In this document: one piece after another, positions 37,587-47,880 of the stretch
How positions within the stretch are numbered: the first letter of the stretch is position 1
Layout: the number at the start of each line of letters is the position of its first letter
NCBI GenBank assembly: GCA_963665845.2
Contig: OY762492.1
Location: 224,001-288,000, forward strand
Length of the DNA: 64,000 nt
Direction: 5' to 3'
Source: Candidatus Poribacteria bacterium
Lineage (GTDB): Bacteria > Poribacteria > WGA-4E > GCA-2687025
Notes under the pieces: generated by a model
The model's input: the letters and a program-made list of their open reading frames with translations, nothing else
Database searches by the model: none
Told to the model about the DNA's origin: nothing
Made by a program: the position numbers and the translations under genes

Positions 37587-39203
37587 CTAAATGAGATAAA
37601 TGATCGTGAAGAGAATGATCCAGACAAGGTCGACGAAATGCCAGTACAGCCCCGTCATCTCAACGGTGTTGTGGCTCGTCGGGGTGTAGACGCCGCGCAA
37701 GCCCTGCACAAAAACCCAGATCAGCGCGATCACGCCGATAGACACGTGCGCCCCGTGAAAGCCGGTGAGCGTGTAAAAGACGCTCCAGAACATATCCTCG
37801 CTCGGCAGATGCTTCGCTAAGAAATGGTTCCATTCATACGCCTGCAAGCCGACGAAGGTGGCGCCGAACAGGACGGTCAGCGCAAAATACAGCTTGAACT
37901 TGCCCATGCGCCCCTGCTGCAGCCCCGACAGCCCCATCACAAGCGAGACGCTGCTCATGATCAGTATGAAGGTCATGACGGCGGTCAAGCCGAGGCTCAG
38001 CCGCTCGCTTGGGTCGGGCCAGTCGGGCGTCGCGTTTCTCAACACAACATAGGCGCCGATGAGACCCGTAAAGAACATGACCTCCGTAGCGAGAAAGACC
38101 CACATGCCGAACTTGGCATGCGGCACGCCCGTATTCGGGACAGGGTGATCGTAATGGCGCAGCAGGAACTCCGCCTCTTTTTCAGGCTTGACCGCTTCCA
38201 CTTGAGAGGCGTAGGCGGCCGTTTCGGCGTTGAACGGAATCGGCTCCATGTCGAAGTCGCGGAAAAAGGCAGTTTCTAAACAGACATTGCCCTCCAGCAG
38301 CATGTCCAGCTGATCATGCGAGAGAGGCAGCAGGCTGCGGATTCCCGGCAGGCTTAGCAGGATATGTATCATGAACGCGGGGACGACCGCTTTCCAGCGC
38401 GGCTTTTGACGCCCTGAAGCGGCGGTGAGAATGTCCAGCATTTCGCCCCAGCGGAACCGCTCGCGCCCGCCCGCCTCGTAGGTCATGTTGCGCGCGGCGG
38501 GCAGATCAACCGACTGCGCGATGGCGTCCGACAGGTTTTCGACAGAAACAGGCTGCAGCTCAAACGTAGAGCCTTCCGACGCGAGCGCGCTTTGCCACTT
38601 TTTAGCGAACGGGAACATGCTTTTGACCAGCTCCGCCAGCGTCGGCAGCCCCGCCTTGAACAGCGGCAGCGGCGCGAGCGGGATACCAAGCAGGTCGCGC
38701 GTCAGTTGAGAAGCGAATTCGGGCTGCCCCGCCTCCGGACGCCCGAAGACGACAGAGGGGCGGAAGATCGTATACTCCAGCCCGCTTTCTTTTAGGTATT
38801 CTTCCGCTTCGTATTTTGTCCATTGGTATGCGGAGACAGCCGTCTTTCTTGATTTGACGCCGTTGGCGCTCATCAAGACGAAACGGGAGACGCCCGCTTT
38901 TTTCGCCTCGTCAATGACATTCTTGGCGCCTTCAAGGTGGATGCGCTCAAAGGTGACGCCTTTTTCGGGGCGTTCCTGAATGATGCCGACAAGGTGGACG
39001 ACCGCGTCGCACCCATCCATCGCGCCGTCCAGCGATTCGGGGTCGTTGATGTCGCCGGCGGCCGTCTCGACGTCCGGCATATCCGCCAGCTTGTCTTCGC
39101 TGCCGGGGCGCGTCAAGGCGCGTATTTCATGCCCGGCTTCCGACAGCTTGCGCAGCGTGTACCGCCCGATGAAGCCTGTCGCGCCGGTCACAAACACTTT
39201 CAT
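37587..39203 (-). CDS. Fusion of an NDUFA9-like atypical SDR and cytochrome c oxidase subunit III
   Basis: N-part VTGATGFIG, VVHLVGIIQE, YQWTK..AE, RPSVVFG. C-part GMWVFLATEVMFF, QAYEW, LTGFHGAHV, GLYWHFVDLVWI. One uninterrupted frame. Confidence 0.88.
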   Translation of the reverse strand: MKVFVTGATGFIGRYTLRKLSEAGHEIRALTRPGSEDKLADMPDVETAAGDINDPESLDGAMDGCDAVVHLVGIIQERPEKGVTFERIHLEGAKNVIDEAKKAGVSRFVLMSANGVKSRKTAVSAYQWTKYEAEEYLKESGLEYTIFRPSVVFGRPEAGQPEFASQLTRDLLGIPLAPLPLFKAGLPTLAELVKSMFPFAKKWQSALASEGSTFELQPVSVENLSDAIAQSVDLPAARNMTYEAGGRERFRWGEMLDILTAASGRQKPRWKAVVPAFMIHILLSLPGIRSLLPLSHDQLDMLLEGNVCLETAFFRDFDMEPIPFNAETAAYASQVEAVKPEKEAEFLLRHYDHPVPNTGVPHAKFGMWVFLATEVMFFTGLIGAYVVLRNATPDWPDPSERLSLGLTAVMTFILIMSSVSLVMGLSGLQQGRMGKFKLYFALTVLFGATFVGLQAYEWNHFLAKHLPSEDMFWSVFYTLTGFHGAHVSIGVIALIWVFVQGLRGVYTPTSHNTVEMTGLYWHFVDLVWIILFTIIYLI

Positions 39204-39351
39204 ATCGTCCGCTCCGTCGTTTCAAATCCAGCCCGTGTTGAGCCGAATAGAAGGATAACCGATGCCGCCTCGGAATGCAACCTGCTGATTCTTTGACCTT
39301 ACATCTTAAGTTGGGACATGCCGGCGGGCGGACGCGGACAGCCTACGCATG

Positions 39352-39380
39352 TTGACGCCCGCCTCAATAAACGGTATTCT
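39352..39380 (+). promoter_or_regulatory. Putative sigma70 promoter
   Basis: TTGACG-17 nt-TATTCT, preceded by a MITE end remnant at about 39293-39340. Confidence 0.5.
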
Positions 39381-39422
39381 CTTCAAGCGCATCGGAAAAT
39401 TATCAAAGCGGGAAGGACGCGC

Positions 39423-40262
39423 GTGGCTCAAAAATACACTCGTCAACAAATGCTCGACCGCCTGCATGCCCAGCTGAAAGAAGGCAAAGCTCTCATCGGC
39501 GCCGGCGCCGGAACAGGCATCTCCGCTAAATTCATTGAACGCGGCGGAGCCGACTTTATTATCATTTACAACTCTGGGCGGTTCCGGATGGCGGGCGTCG
39601 CCTCGCCTGCCGGGCTGCTCGCATACGGCAACGCAAACGACATCATGATGGAGATGGGCGAACGGGAAGTGCTGCCGATTGCGCGGGAAATACCGGTCAT
39701 TGCCGGCGTGAACGGCTCCGACCCGACGCGCGAAATGGAACCGTTTTTGCGCAAGGTGAACGCGCTCAACTTCACCGGCGTCAACAACTTTCCAACCGTC
39801 GGCGCCTTCGACGGCGAATTCCGCATCACCCTAGAGGAGGTCGGCCTCGGATACTACACCGAAGTGGAAATGATACGGCTCGCGCATGAGCAGGACATGT
39901 TCACCATCCCTTACGTTTACGATGAACAGCAGGCGCGCGACATGACCAACGCCGGCGCAGACGCGCTCATCGCCCATGTCGGCACCACGACCGGCGGAAG
40001 CATCGGCGCCCGCACCGCTGTAACGCATGACGAAGCGGCTGACATCACGCGCCGTATCTTAGAAGCGGCGCGCGAGATTCGAGAAGAGGTTCTGATCTTG
40101 ACCCACGGCGGACCGACCGAAACCCCCGGCGATGTCCAGTATATCATCGAGAAATCGGGCGCGGACGGATTTGTCGGCGCCTCCACGATTGAGCGGTTAG
40201 CGACCGAGCCGGCGATCAAGGCGCGGACCGAAGAGCTGAAACAGGTTCGCGTTTCCTCTTGA
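39423..40262 (+). CDS. TIM-barrel 'signal transduction'/PEP-hydrolase-like family protein
   Basis: IGAGAGTGISAK, IYNSGRFRMAG, GVNNFPTVG, HGGP, GFVGASTIERL. Confidence 0.85.
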   Translation: MAQKYTRQQMLDRLHAQLKEGKALIGAGAGTGISAKFIERGGADFIIIYNSGRFRMAGVASPAGLLAYGNANDIMMEMGEREVLPIAREIPVIAGVNGSDPTREMEPFLRKVNALNFTGVNNFPTVGAFDGEFRITLEEVGLGYYTEVEMIRLAHEQDMFTIPYVYDEQQARDMTNAGADALIAHVGTTTGGSIGARTAVTHDEAADITRRILEAAREIREEVLILTHGGPTETPGDVQYIIEKSGADGFVGASTIERLATEPAIKARTEELKQVRVSS

Positions 40263-42712
40263 AATCGATGAGGTTTGCATTCGCTTTCTTCTGCTGCGCG
40301 TTCTTGCCCGCGGCGGCATTCGCCGAGGGGGGCGACTCTTTAGAGCCGATTGAGCTGGTCGTTTGGGGGCTTGGAGAAGGCGAGTCGCAGATTGGGCGCG
40401 TCGCCGCGATGGACGAATTTGAACGCCGCTGGAACGCCGACTCTTCGCGTCCGCCGTTGAAGATCGTCAAATCGGTTCAAGGCGGGCGCATGAATCCGCA
40501 GCGTCTCATGACCGCCATCGCGGGCGGCGCGCCGCCGGATGTTGTCAACCAAGACCGCTTTTCTATCGGCGGATGGGCGTCGCGCGGCGCCTTCCTTCCG
40601 CTCAACCCGTTTATGGAAGCGGACGACAGAACCGACCCGCTTGCCGTTCGCAGAGAGGATTACTTCGAAGCATGCTGGGAGGAGGCGGTTTATGAAGGAA
40701 GCGTCTACGCCGTTCCGAACAGCTCGGACGCGCGCGTCCTCTTTTACAACATGGACCTGCTTGAGGCGGCGGGTTATGTGGACGAACAGGGCAAGGCGAA
40801 GCCGCCGACAACATGGGCGGAGCTGAAAGAGTACGCCGTTCGGTTGACCGTAGAAAACGCGGACGGCAGCTATGAGCGGATCGGTTTTATCCCAAACTAC
40901 GGAAACAGCTGGCTCTATCTCTACGGATGGCAGAACGAAGGCAGGTTCATGAGCGCGGACGGGGAGACCTGTACGCTGGACGATCCGCGCATCGTGGAGG
41001 CGCTGGAGTATATGAAGGAGGTCTACGAGGCGCTGGGGGGTCGGGCGGCGGTTGAATCGTTCATCTCCGTTTTTCAAGCGGGGGCGTTGGATCCGTTTTT
41101 GAACGGCAAGGTGGCGATGAAGATCGACACGAACGGGTTTATGGGAACGGTCGCGCGCTGGCGCCCTGATCTGCGTTTTGGCGTCGCCCCTGCTCCCCGC
41201 CCTGAAGCGTACGCCGATGAGCCTCTGACTTGGTCGGGCGGTTTTTCATGGGCGATTCCGCGCGGGGCGAAACATCCGGACGCTGCATGGGAATTTATAC
41301 GGTGGATGAGCGGCGTTGAAGCGGCGAAGATCGAACATCAAGCGCTCCAGCGATACAACAAAGCGCGCGGAAGACTCTATGTCCCCGGCATCTCCGCCAA
41401 CGCGCGCGTCAACGAATGGACGCTTGGCAACATCGTTGAAAACAGCCGCGAACTGGAGCGGTACGGATTCGCCGAACATTACAAAACATGCGTACGGATG
41501 ATGCAATACAGCCGCTTCCGCCCCGTGACGCCGGTCGGGCAGCTGCTTTGGGATGAGCATCGCCGCGCCTTCGACCGCGCGACGCTTTCCCCGAACCAGT
41601 TCACGCCGCGGGAGGCTCTCGAAACGGGGGCGCAAGAAACGCAGCGCGAACTGGAACGGCTCAAACAGCGCCGAGCGCGCAGTCCGATGTACTGGACAAT
41701 CGCCGTGCCGCTGTTGCTGCTCGCGGTCGGGGTCGGCGCGGCGCTCGTCTTCGCAAGAGGATACGCCGCTCAACAACGGGCGCTGCGCCCGGACGCGAAA
41801 CAGGAGGCGTTTGCGGGCTATCTCTTCGCGTCGCCATGGATCTTCGGCTTCCTGCTGTTGACGATCGGACCTGTCAGCGCCTCGATACTTCTCAGCTTCA
41901 CCGAGTACGACGCCCTAAACCCTGCGAAGTTTGCGGGCTTGGACAACTACATCTATTTGACCACCAAAGACCCTGTCTTTTGGAAATCGCTCGGAAACAC
42001 GGCGTATATGGCGCTGGCGGTTCCGTTAGGGATGGCGGTCGGGCTTGGGCTGGCGATGCTGTTGAGCGCCGAAACGCGCGGCTCCGCGGCGTACCGCACC
42101 TTTTTCTATCTGCCCGCCGTTGTCCCGGTCGTCGCCAGCTCCATTCTCTGGGTATGGGTTTTAAATCCGAACAGCGGGCTGCTCAACACGGCGCTGCAGT
42201 TTGTCGGGCTGGACGGCATCGCGGAATCGATGGCGCGGCGGTTCGGCGCGGACGGGCTGTTCTGGCTTCAAGAAGAATCGCTCGCCAAACCGGCGATTGT
42301 GCTGATGGGCTTATGGAGCGCCGGTTCCAGCATGGTGATCTGGCTCGCCGGTTTGAAAAGCGTACCGAAGCAGCTGTACGAGGCGGCGGAGATTGACGGC
42401 GCGGGGCGCCTCGCCCGATTCATCCGAATCACATTGCCGATGTTGACCCCGTATATTTTCTTCAACCTTGTGATGGGAATCATCGGCGCCTTTCAGATTT
42501 TCACGCAGGCGTACGTCATGACCGAAGGCGGGCCGGCCGACTCAACGCTCTTTTATGTGTACTATCTTTTCAACAACGCCTTCCATTACTTTCGAATGGG
42601 GTACGCTTCCGCGATGGCGTGGATCCTGTTCGGCATCATACTCATTTTGACGCTCATACAGTTCAAGCTTGCCCCGCGCTGGGTTCACTACGGATCGAGC
42701 GACTCCTCATGA
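40259..42712 (+). CDS. CUT1 sugar ABC substrate-binding protein fused to a permease
   Basis: Signal peptide; GGAPPDV, LFYNMDLL, GGFSWAIP; then YLFASPWIFGF and EAA loop YEAAEIDGAG...ITLPML. Confidence 0.88.
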   Translation: MKSMRFAFAFFCCAFLPAAAFAEGGDSLEPIELVVWGLGEGESQIGRVAAMDEFERRWNADSSRPPLKIVKSVQGGRMNPQRLMTAIAGGAPPDVVNQDRFSIGGWASRGAFLPLNPFMEADDRTDPLAVRREDYFEACWEEAVYEGSVYAVPNSSDARVLFYNMDLLEAAGYVDEQGKAKPPTTWAELKEYAVRLTVENADGSYERIGFIPNYGNSWLYLYGWQNEGRFMSADGETCTLDDPRIVEALEYMKEVYEALGGRAAVESFISVFQAGALDPFLNGKVAMKIDTNGFMGTVARWRPDLRFGVAPAPRPEAYADEPLTWSGGFSWAIPRGAKHPDAAWEFIRWMSGVEAAKIEHQALQRYNKARGRLYVPGISANARVNEWTLGNIVENSRELERYGFAEHYKTCVRMMQYSRFRPVTPVGQLLWDEHRRAFDRATLSPNQFTPREALETGAQETQRELERLKQRRARSPMYWTIAVPLLLLAVGVGAALVFARGYAAQQRALRPDAKQEAFAGYLFASPWIFGFLLLTIGPVSASILLSFTEYDALNPAKFAGLDNYIYLTTKDPVFWKSLGNTAYMALAVPLGMAVGLGLAMLLSAETRGSAAYRTFFYLPAVVPVVASSILWVWVLNPNSGLLNTALQFVGLDGIAESMARRFGADGLFWLQEESLAKPAIVLMGLWSAGSSMVIWLAGLKSVPKQLYEAAEIDGAGRLARFIRITLPMLTPYIFFNLVMGIIGAFQIFTQAYVMTEGGPADSTLFYVYYLFNNAFHYFRMGYASAMAWILFGIILILTLIQFKLAPRWVHYGSSDSS

Positions 42713-44373
42713 GCAGATCTGGATTGAAACGCGCGGGGCGGCATGCCGTTCTTATCTTCGGATCGGCGCTTTTTGCCCTTCCGTTCATCTGGCTTGTCTC
42801 GACCAGTTTGAAATGGGACAGGGAGCTGTTCATGGAGCCGTCCAGCTGGTTCGACAGGCTGCGCCCGCGCCTGCCGTACCGGGTCTTGCGGACGCCGTAC
42901 ATCGCTGAACGCGACACGCAGCCGTTTCAAAAACCTTCCTCCATGGATGAACGAAAATGGGAGGCGCTGAAAGAAAGCCTGGAGTCGCTGCTCTGGGAGG
43001 AGGCGCAGCAGGTTCTGACGGGGCGCGATTATCCGGACGCGGCGCGCAACGCTCTCCGAACGCATGTCGCCCGCGACCTGTGGCGGCAGATCGCCGCCGA
43101 AAAACCGAACGGGCTATGGAACGAATCGGCGGAGATGATCAAGGCGGAGATTGCGGACAGCGTCTCGTATGAAAAGATTGAAAGCGCATGGAGCCGACTA
43201 TACCGGTCGATTCGCCTCGGAACGCCTTCGGTTCAGAGTCTTGACCGAAGCGAGTATAAAGCGGCGGGCGGGAAATGGAACGCGTCTCGCGGCGGTTCGC
43301 TCATTTCTCCGCGCGAAATGATTCAGGAGCAAGAAATCTGGACCGACTATCAACGCGCCCCCGCGCCGCCGTACGCCTCATACTATGCGTATGAGATCGC
43401 CTCGCCTGTCCAGTTGAGCGGTCTTGCGGCGGTCATTGTCCCGATACGCGCGGATGAATCGTACCATCACTTCACCGCGGAGGTGGAGATGAACGGGGAG
43501 ACCTACGTCAGCAAAAAGCCGTTCATACTTCAAAACTACGGCTGGAACGAGACGCTGTTTCAGCTGCGGGGAGAGCCGTTGGACAGGGAGGCGATCCCGC
43601 TTGAAAAGACCGATCGCGCGTCGTCGGTTGTGGAGCCTGGGCGCGTAAAGATTGTGTTGACGCTGCATCGCGCGCCGTATCTGCTGGCGGCGTACCGCAA
43701 ATTTTCCCGCAACTACTACGAAGCGTCCTCGTTTGTCAGCTTTTGGCGTTATGTGTTGAATACGGCAATGGTGACCGCGTTGAGCGTCGCGGCGCAGCTG
43801 CTGTCCTGTTCGCTGGCGGCGTATGCGTTTGCGCGCCTGCGCTGGCCGGGGCGCGACAAACTGTTTTTCCTGCTCATCTGTACCATGATGCTTCCGCCGC
43901 AGGTGACCATGGTGCCGCTGTTCATTCTGGCGCGGAATTTAGGGTTGTACGACACGCTGCATCCGCTGTGGGGTACGTCGCTGTTCGGGAGCGCGTTTTT
44001 TATTTTTCTGATGCGGCAATTTTTACTCGGCGCGCCGCGCGACCTTGAAGACGCCGCAAAGCTGGACGGATGCGGCTTCTTCGGGCTGTACTGGCGCGTC
44101 ATACTTCCGCTGGTGAAGCCGGCGCTGGCGGCGGTCGCCGTCCTGCAGTTCATGGGCGCGTGGAACGACTTTTTATCCCCGCTCATCTATATCAGCAGCG
44201 AAAGCAAAATGACCCTGTCGCTGGGTCTTCAGTTGTTCGAATCGACGAGCGGAGCCGAGTATGGGATGCTCATGGCGGCGTCAACCGTTATGACGCTGCC
44301 GGTTGCGGCGCTGTTCTTCTTTGCGCAGCGGTATTTCATTCAGGGCATCACGTTGACAGGCATCCGCGGCTAA
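42709..44373 (+). CDS. CUT1 sugar ABC permease (MalG-like) with a large periplasmic insertion
   Basis: PFIWLVSTSLK, insert of roughly 290 aa, AAYAFARL, EDAAKLDGCG, WNDFLSPL. ATGA overlap with the upstream gene. Confidence 0.88.
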   Translation: MSRSGLKRAGRHAVLIFGSALFALPFIWLVSTSLKWDRELFMEPSSWFDRLRPRLPYRVLRTPYIAERDTQPFQKPSSMDERKWEALKESLESLLWEEAQQVLTGRDYPDAARNALRTHVARDLWRQIAAEKPNGLWNESAEMIKAEIADSVSYEKIESAWSRLYRSIRLGTPSVQSLDRSEYKAAGGKWNASRGGSLISPREMIQEQEIWTDYQRAPAPPYASYYAYEIASPVQLSGLAAVIVPIRADESYHHFTAEVEMNGETYVSKKPFILQNYGWNETLFQLRGEPLDREAIPLEKTDRASSVVEPGRVKIVLTLHRAPYLLAAYRKFSRNYYEASSFVSFWRYVLNTAMVTALSVAAQLLSCSLAAYAFARLRWPGRDKLFFLLICTMMLPPQVTMVPLFILARNLGLYDTLHPLWGTSLFGSAFFIFLMRQFLLGAPRDLEDAAKLDGCGFFGLYWRVILPLVKPALAAVAVLQFMGAWNDFLSPLIYISSESKMTLSLGLQLFESTSGAEYGMLMAASTVMTLPVAALFFFAQRYFIQGITLTGIRG

Positions 44374-44446
44374 GCTGATATTCCACTCTCGACAGCGGAG
44401 GTTTGGGTAGTACGCTCATACGGGGATATTCGCGGCGCCGCGTTCG

Positions 44447-44536
44447 ATTCCCCCCTTGAAAAGGGGGGCTAGGGGGGTTTAAAGGACGGGCGCGGCGGCT
44501 GTGATGCCTTAAGATTCCCGCTTACGCGGGAATGAC
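44447..44536. repeat. CCCCCTTGAAAAGGGGGG hairpin plus REP-like palindrome
   Basis: Inverted counterpart of the elements at about 34020 and 58750; REP at 44513-44536. Confidence 0.75.
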
Positions 44537-44615
44537 GGCATGGATCGGCGGCCGATTATACTAATTATCATGCGGATGAATGGATGGACGAGAACAGAAA
44601 GGGGCGGGCGAAGAC

Positions 44616-45539
44616 ATGCGGAGCAGAACAGGCGCCTATCTGGAGCTGATACGGTATCCGCTGCTGGCGATACCGATTGCGGCGTCGCTGCCGGGGATCG
44701 TTCTGGCGGCGGCGGAGATCGGAATCAACTGGCGCGTCTTTGCGGCGACGGCGACCGCGCTGTGCGGCTATTTTGCCGGCATGATCAAGAACGACTACTT
44801 CCACCGCGAACATGACCGCGCCGCGAACCCTGAACGCCCGCTCCCGTCCGGGCGCGCCCGACCCAAGACGGCGCATCGCCTCGCCTCCGGGATGTATATC
44901 GCGTGCGTTTTGAGCGGCTTTGCGATGGGCTGGATCGCCGGGCTGCTGACGATGTGCCTCGTCGCCGTGTCGCATTCATATAACGCCTATCTGAAAATGC
45001 GCGGCGTCTGGGGGAGCGTCATGCTGCCGTTCGGCATCGCGCTGTTGAGCGTGTACGGGTCGGTGTGCGTGTCGGGGGGCGTCTCGTCGGGCGTCTGGTT
45101 TTCGTTTGCGACCATTTTTCTATACGACGCGGGCGTTCATATCATCAGTACCTTCAAAGACATGGAGCGGGACAAAGCGCTGGGCGTCATGACAACGCCG
45201 CTGCAGATTGGCGCGCGGCGCGCTATGGCGGTCTCGTGGATCTTGACGGCGGGATCATTCGCGGTCGCGTTGACATTCGCGCTGCGGGTCGGGTCGGCGG
45301 CGCAGGCGGCATGCGTCGGTTTGGCGTTTGCCGCCGCGGTTTGGACGCGGCTGCCGCTCCTGCGCGAGGCGTCGGAGAAGAACGGGTATGCGGCGCTCAA
45401 AGGCTCCATGATCGGGGCGGCGCTGCTGTTTCCGTCGCCGATTGCAGGCGTCTTGCCGTTCGGGTGGGCGGCGGGGGCGGTCGCTGCGCTGGCGGGGCTG
45501 ACGGCGGTTCTGCTGGGGCGCAGCCGTCAGGAGGTGTAG
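44616..45539 (+). CDS. UbiA family prenyltransferase (DGGGP synthase-like)
   Basis: NDYFHREHD, PERPLPSGR, YNAYLK, KDMERD, TTPL, multiple TM helices. Confidence 0.85.
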   Translation: MRSRTGAYLELIRYPLLAIPIAASLPGIVLAAAEIGINWRVFAATATALCGYFAGMIKNDYFHREHDRAANPERPLPSGRARPKTAHRLASGMYIACVLSGFAMGWIAGLLTMCLVAVSHSYNAYLKMRGVWGSVMLPFGIALLSVYGSVCVSGGVSSGVWFSFATIFLYDAGVHIISTFKDMERDKALGVMTTPLQIGARRAMAVSWILTAGSFAVALTFALRVGSAAQAACVGLAFAAAVWTRLPLLREASEKNGYAALKGSMIGAALLFPSPIAGVLPFGWAAGAVAALAGLTAVLLGRSRQEV

Positions 45540-45554
45540 TCCGAACCGCCGCGA

Positions 45555-46409
45555 TTATTTGATCACCCCTAGATCAATAAACGTGATTTTATATTCTGGA
45601 TGCGTAGGATCGCCCTTGAATGAAAACGCTTCATACCGCGTCACTTGGGGAGTCTTGAGCCGCTCTATCGCGGTGAGAAGTTCGCTCATCTTTTTCTGCA
45701 TCGCTTTGTCGTCGGGCGACTCGGCTAAACGCGCCTCAAGAGCCGAACGGGCGCTCTCAAAACGGGCAAGAGCTTTCCTCTTTTCTGCGGAAATGCGCTC
45801 GCGCTGCCATGTGATCGCGACATCCTCTTTCTCATCTGAATAGTAGATTTCGCCGTTTGGAAGCGTCAGCTTGCTCTTGAGCGATTGACCTGGAAGACGC
45901 CCCGCGCGAACTGCGAGACGAACAGGATCAAACTCTTCTGCAGGAATGCGGCCGCTTCCGTTATCTGGAGCCCCAGGAAGATAAGGAGCGATCGCCTTGC
46001 GAAGTTCGGGAAATTCATTCGTCTCCCATATGCGCCCACGAACTGCTTGGTACGCGGGCAGGGCATAGTCTCCAATGTCTTTCACCTCATCGCCCCGCTC
46101 TTTTATCTGCGCGTCGATTTCCATTCCAACAAGATCGGCCACCGCGTTGATAGCGTCTTCCCAGTTTTCAAAGTTGTAGGGTCCTGCGTCCGCTTGCGCG
46201 GGCATGGTTGTCTCCTCTTCAGGTTCCGGTTCCGCTTGCAGAGTTTGCGGAGGCGTTTGCTCAAACTCTGTGAGAGCGGCCTCAGCGCGTTCTTTTTGCG
46301 CGGATTCCGATTTCTTTTCTGCAGATTCGACCGCGATCCAGAATCCTATGAGCATCGCCAATACCGCGGCGACAGCGATCCCCGCCGTAATTTGCGTTTT
46401 GCGAGACAT
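45555..46409 (-). CDS. Membrane-anchored hypothetical protein, paralog of 46887..47870
   Basis: N-terminal TM helix, acidic linker, RAGRLP, LPNGEIY, IDLGVIK. Confidence 0.75.
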   Translation of the reverse strand: MSRKTQITAGIAVAAVLAMLIGFWIAVESAEKKSESAQKERAEAALTEFEQTPPQTLQAEPEPEEETTMPAQADAGPYNFENWEDAINAVADLVGMEIDAQIKERGDEVKDIGDYALPAYQAVRGRIWETNEFPELRKAIAPYLPGAPDNGSGRIPAEEFDPVRLAVRAGRLPGQSLKSKLTLPNGEIYYSDEKEDVAITWQRERISAEKRKALARFESARSALEARLAESPDDKAMQKKMSELLTAIERLKTPQVTRYEAFSFKGDPTHPEYKITFIDLGVIK

Positions 46410-46427
46410 GTGATCCACCTTTCGATT

Positions 46428-46526
46428 CTATTGCGCGCTCATTCTCGATCCGACCGTCACGGTGTAACTCACCTCGTAAACCGACAGGTCCCAGCGGTAG
46501 ATGTACGCCGTGATTGTGTACTCCCC
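46428..46526 (-). pseudogene. Orphan 3' gene fragment
   Basis: Reads GEYTITAYIYRWDLSVYEVSYTVTVGSRMSAQ* and is cut off at the ubiA repeat junction. It is followed by RBS AAAGGTGG for the 46409 gene. Confidence 0.55.
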
Positions 46527-46527
46527 T

Positions 46528-46701
46528 GAGGCGTCGGAGAAGAACGGGTATGCGGCGCTCAAAGGCTCCATGATCGGGGCGGCGCTGCTGTTTCCGTCGC
46601 CGATTGCGGGCGTCTTGCCGTTCGGGTGGGCGGCGGGGGCGGTCGCTGCGCTGGCGGGGCTGACAGCAGTTCTGCTGGGGCGCAGCCGTCAGGAGGTGTG
46701 A
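46528..46701 (+). repeat. 174-bp direct repeat of the ubiA 3' end (45366-45539)
   Basis: Same peptide EASEKNG...RSRQEV, three silent base changes and a TGA instead of TAG stop. Confidence 0.92.
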
Positions 46702-46886
46702 GGGCGCAACTTAGCGCGCAATGATTTCAACTGGAGGCAACTCGCTGCTTGCGCTTCGAACAAAAACGCGGCGGATCCGCAACAGCCCGACCCGTCGCGT
46801 TCTCTTTAGGGAGCCGCGCCGATCTTCTCATCGCTCATGCCGGACGGAAACGGGGCTGACCCCTTCTCAACGGACACAGGCGGCGT

Positions 46887-47870
46887 CTATTGATCCAAAG
46901 CTTCCAGTTCCCGCTGCAGATGTTTAATCCCTTCGGTGGACCAGCCAGGTTGAGCGAGCAGACCCTCAATAACCGCTCTTGCCTCATTCTTTGCTGTCTC
47001 TATGTCGCGCTCTATAACGCCCAGATCCAACACAACTTCCTCGAACGGACCTTCAGCAGAGTCTCCCCAAAGATAGGTGCGCTCTTTGTCCGAATAGGAC
47101 GGGCTATGAATATAATTCAGCCTCTCCTCCACGCTTTTCAGTTCCTTCAACATCGCGTTCGTGTCATCCTCAGAAGCGGTACCTTTCGCCAGATCCGCCA
47201 GCAATTCGTTTTGACGCTGCGTCTTTTCTTTCAGCTCCTGTTTTCCGTTCGCAGAGAGCAGCGCGCGGGTCTTGAAACGCACAATCAGCTTTGTGTTGGG
47301 CGGCATGTTGTAGATGTCGCCGTTCGGAAGCTTCACGAAGCACGGAACCTTCGAAATCGGAATGCGCCCCGCCCGCCATGCCATGACTATCGGATGCTGA
47401 GCGTTCGGCGGAAAATCGTCGATTGTCCTCCTGATTGCCTCTCTCAGAACGGCATACTCTGGAGCCGTCATGATTCTCTCAGAAGCGATATCTTGCGCTT
47501 TAAAAGCGGCTGCGCTCTCTGGAAGCGTCTGAATCCACAGGTCAAACTCTTCTCCGATAAGCCGCGCCCATTCGTTCAGGACGCCGTCCACGGTGGACAG
47601 TTCAGGCGGAATTTCGATCGCCGCTGTCGACATTTCTTGCGCCTCGGAGGATGGTTCAAGCTCGGCGGCTTTCTCGCCGGAGGCGCCGTTCTCATCGCGC
47701 GACGCCGGCTCTTCAAAAGCCGCATGATCGGGTTGGCGGGGGGTTTGCTCATCCTGCGCGGTTTGAGGCGCATCCAATGAGCTGAAATGCCCGCCAACAA
47801 GCGTCCACAGAAGCGCCGCGATAAGAACCAGAACCGACAACGCCGCAACGATCCAGTGAAGTTTTTTCAT
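46887..47870 (-). CDS. Membrane-anchored hypothetical protein
   Basis: RBS AGGAGG, N-terminal TM helix, RAGRIP, LPNGDIY, LDLGVIE. Confidence 0.78.
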   Translation of the reverse strand: MKKLHWIVAALSVLVLIAALLWTLVGGHFSSLDAPQTAQDEQTPRQPDHAAFEEPASRDENGASGEKAAELEPSSEAQEMSTAAIEIPPELSTVDGVLNEWARLIGEEFDLWIQTLPESAAAFKAQDIASERIMTAPEYAVLREAIRRTIDDFPPNAQHPIVMAWRAGRIPISKVPCFVKLPNGDIYNMPPNTKLIVRFKTRALLSANGKQELKEKTQRQNELLADLAKGTASEDDTNAMLKELKSVEERLNYIHSPSYSDKERTYLWGDSAEGPFEEVVLDLGVIERDIETAKNEARAVIEGLLAQPGWSTEGIKHLQRELEALDQ

Positions 47871-47880
47871 GTTTCCTCCT

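Noticed and set aside
46501-46701. 66-aa ORF as an independent gene
   Set aside because: It is the duplicated ubiA 3' end with a chance upstream ATG.
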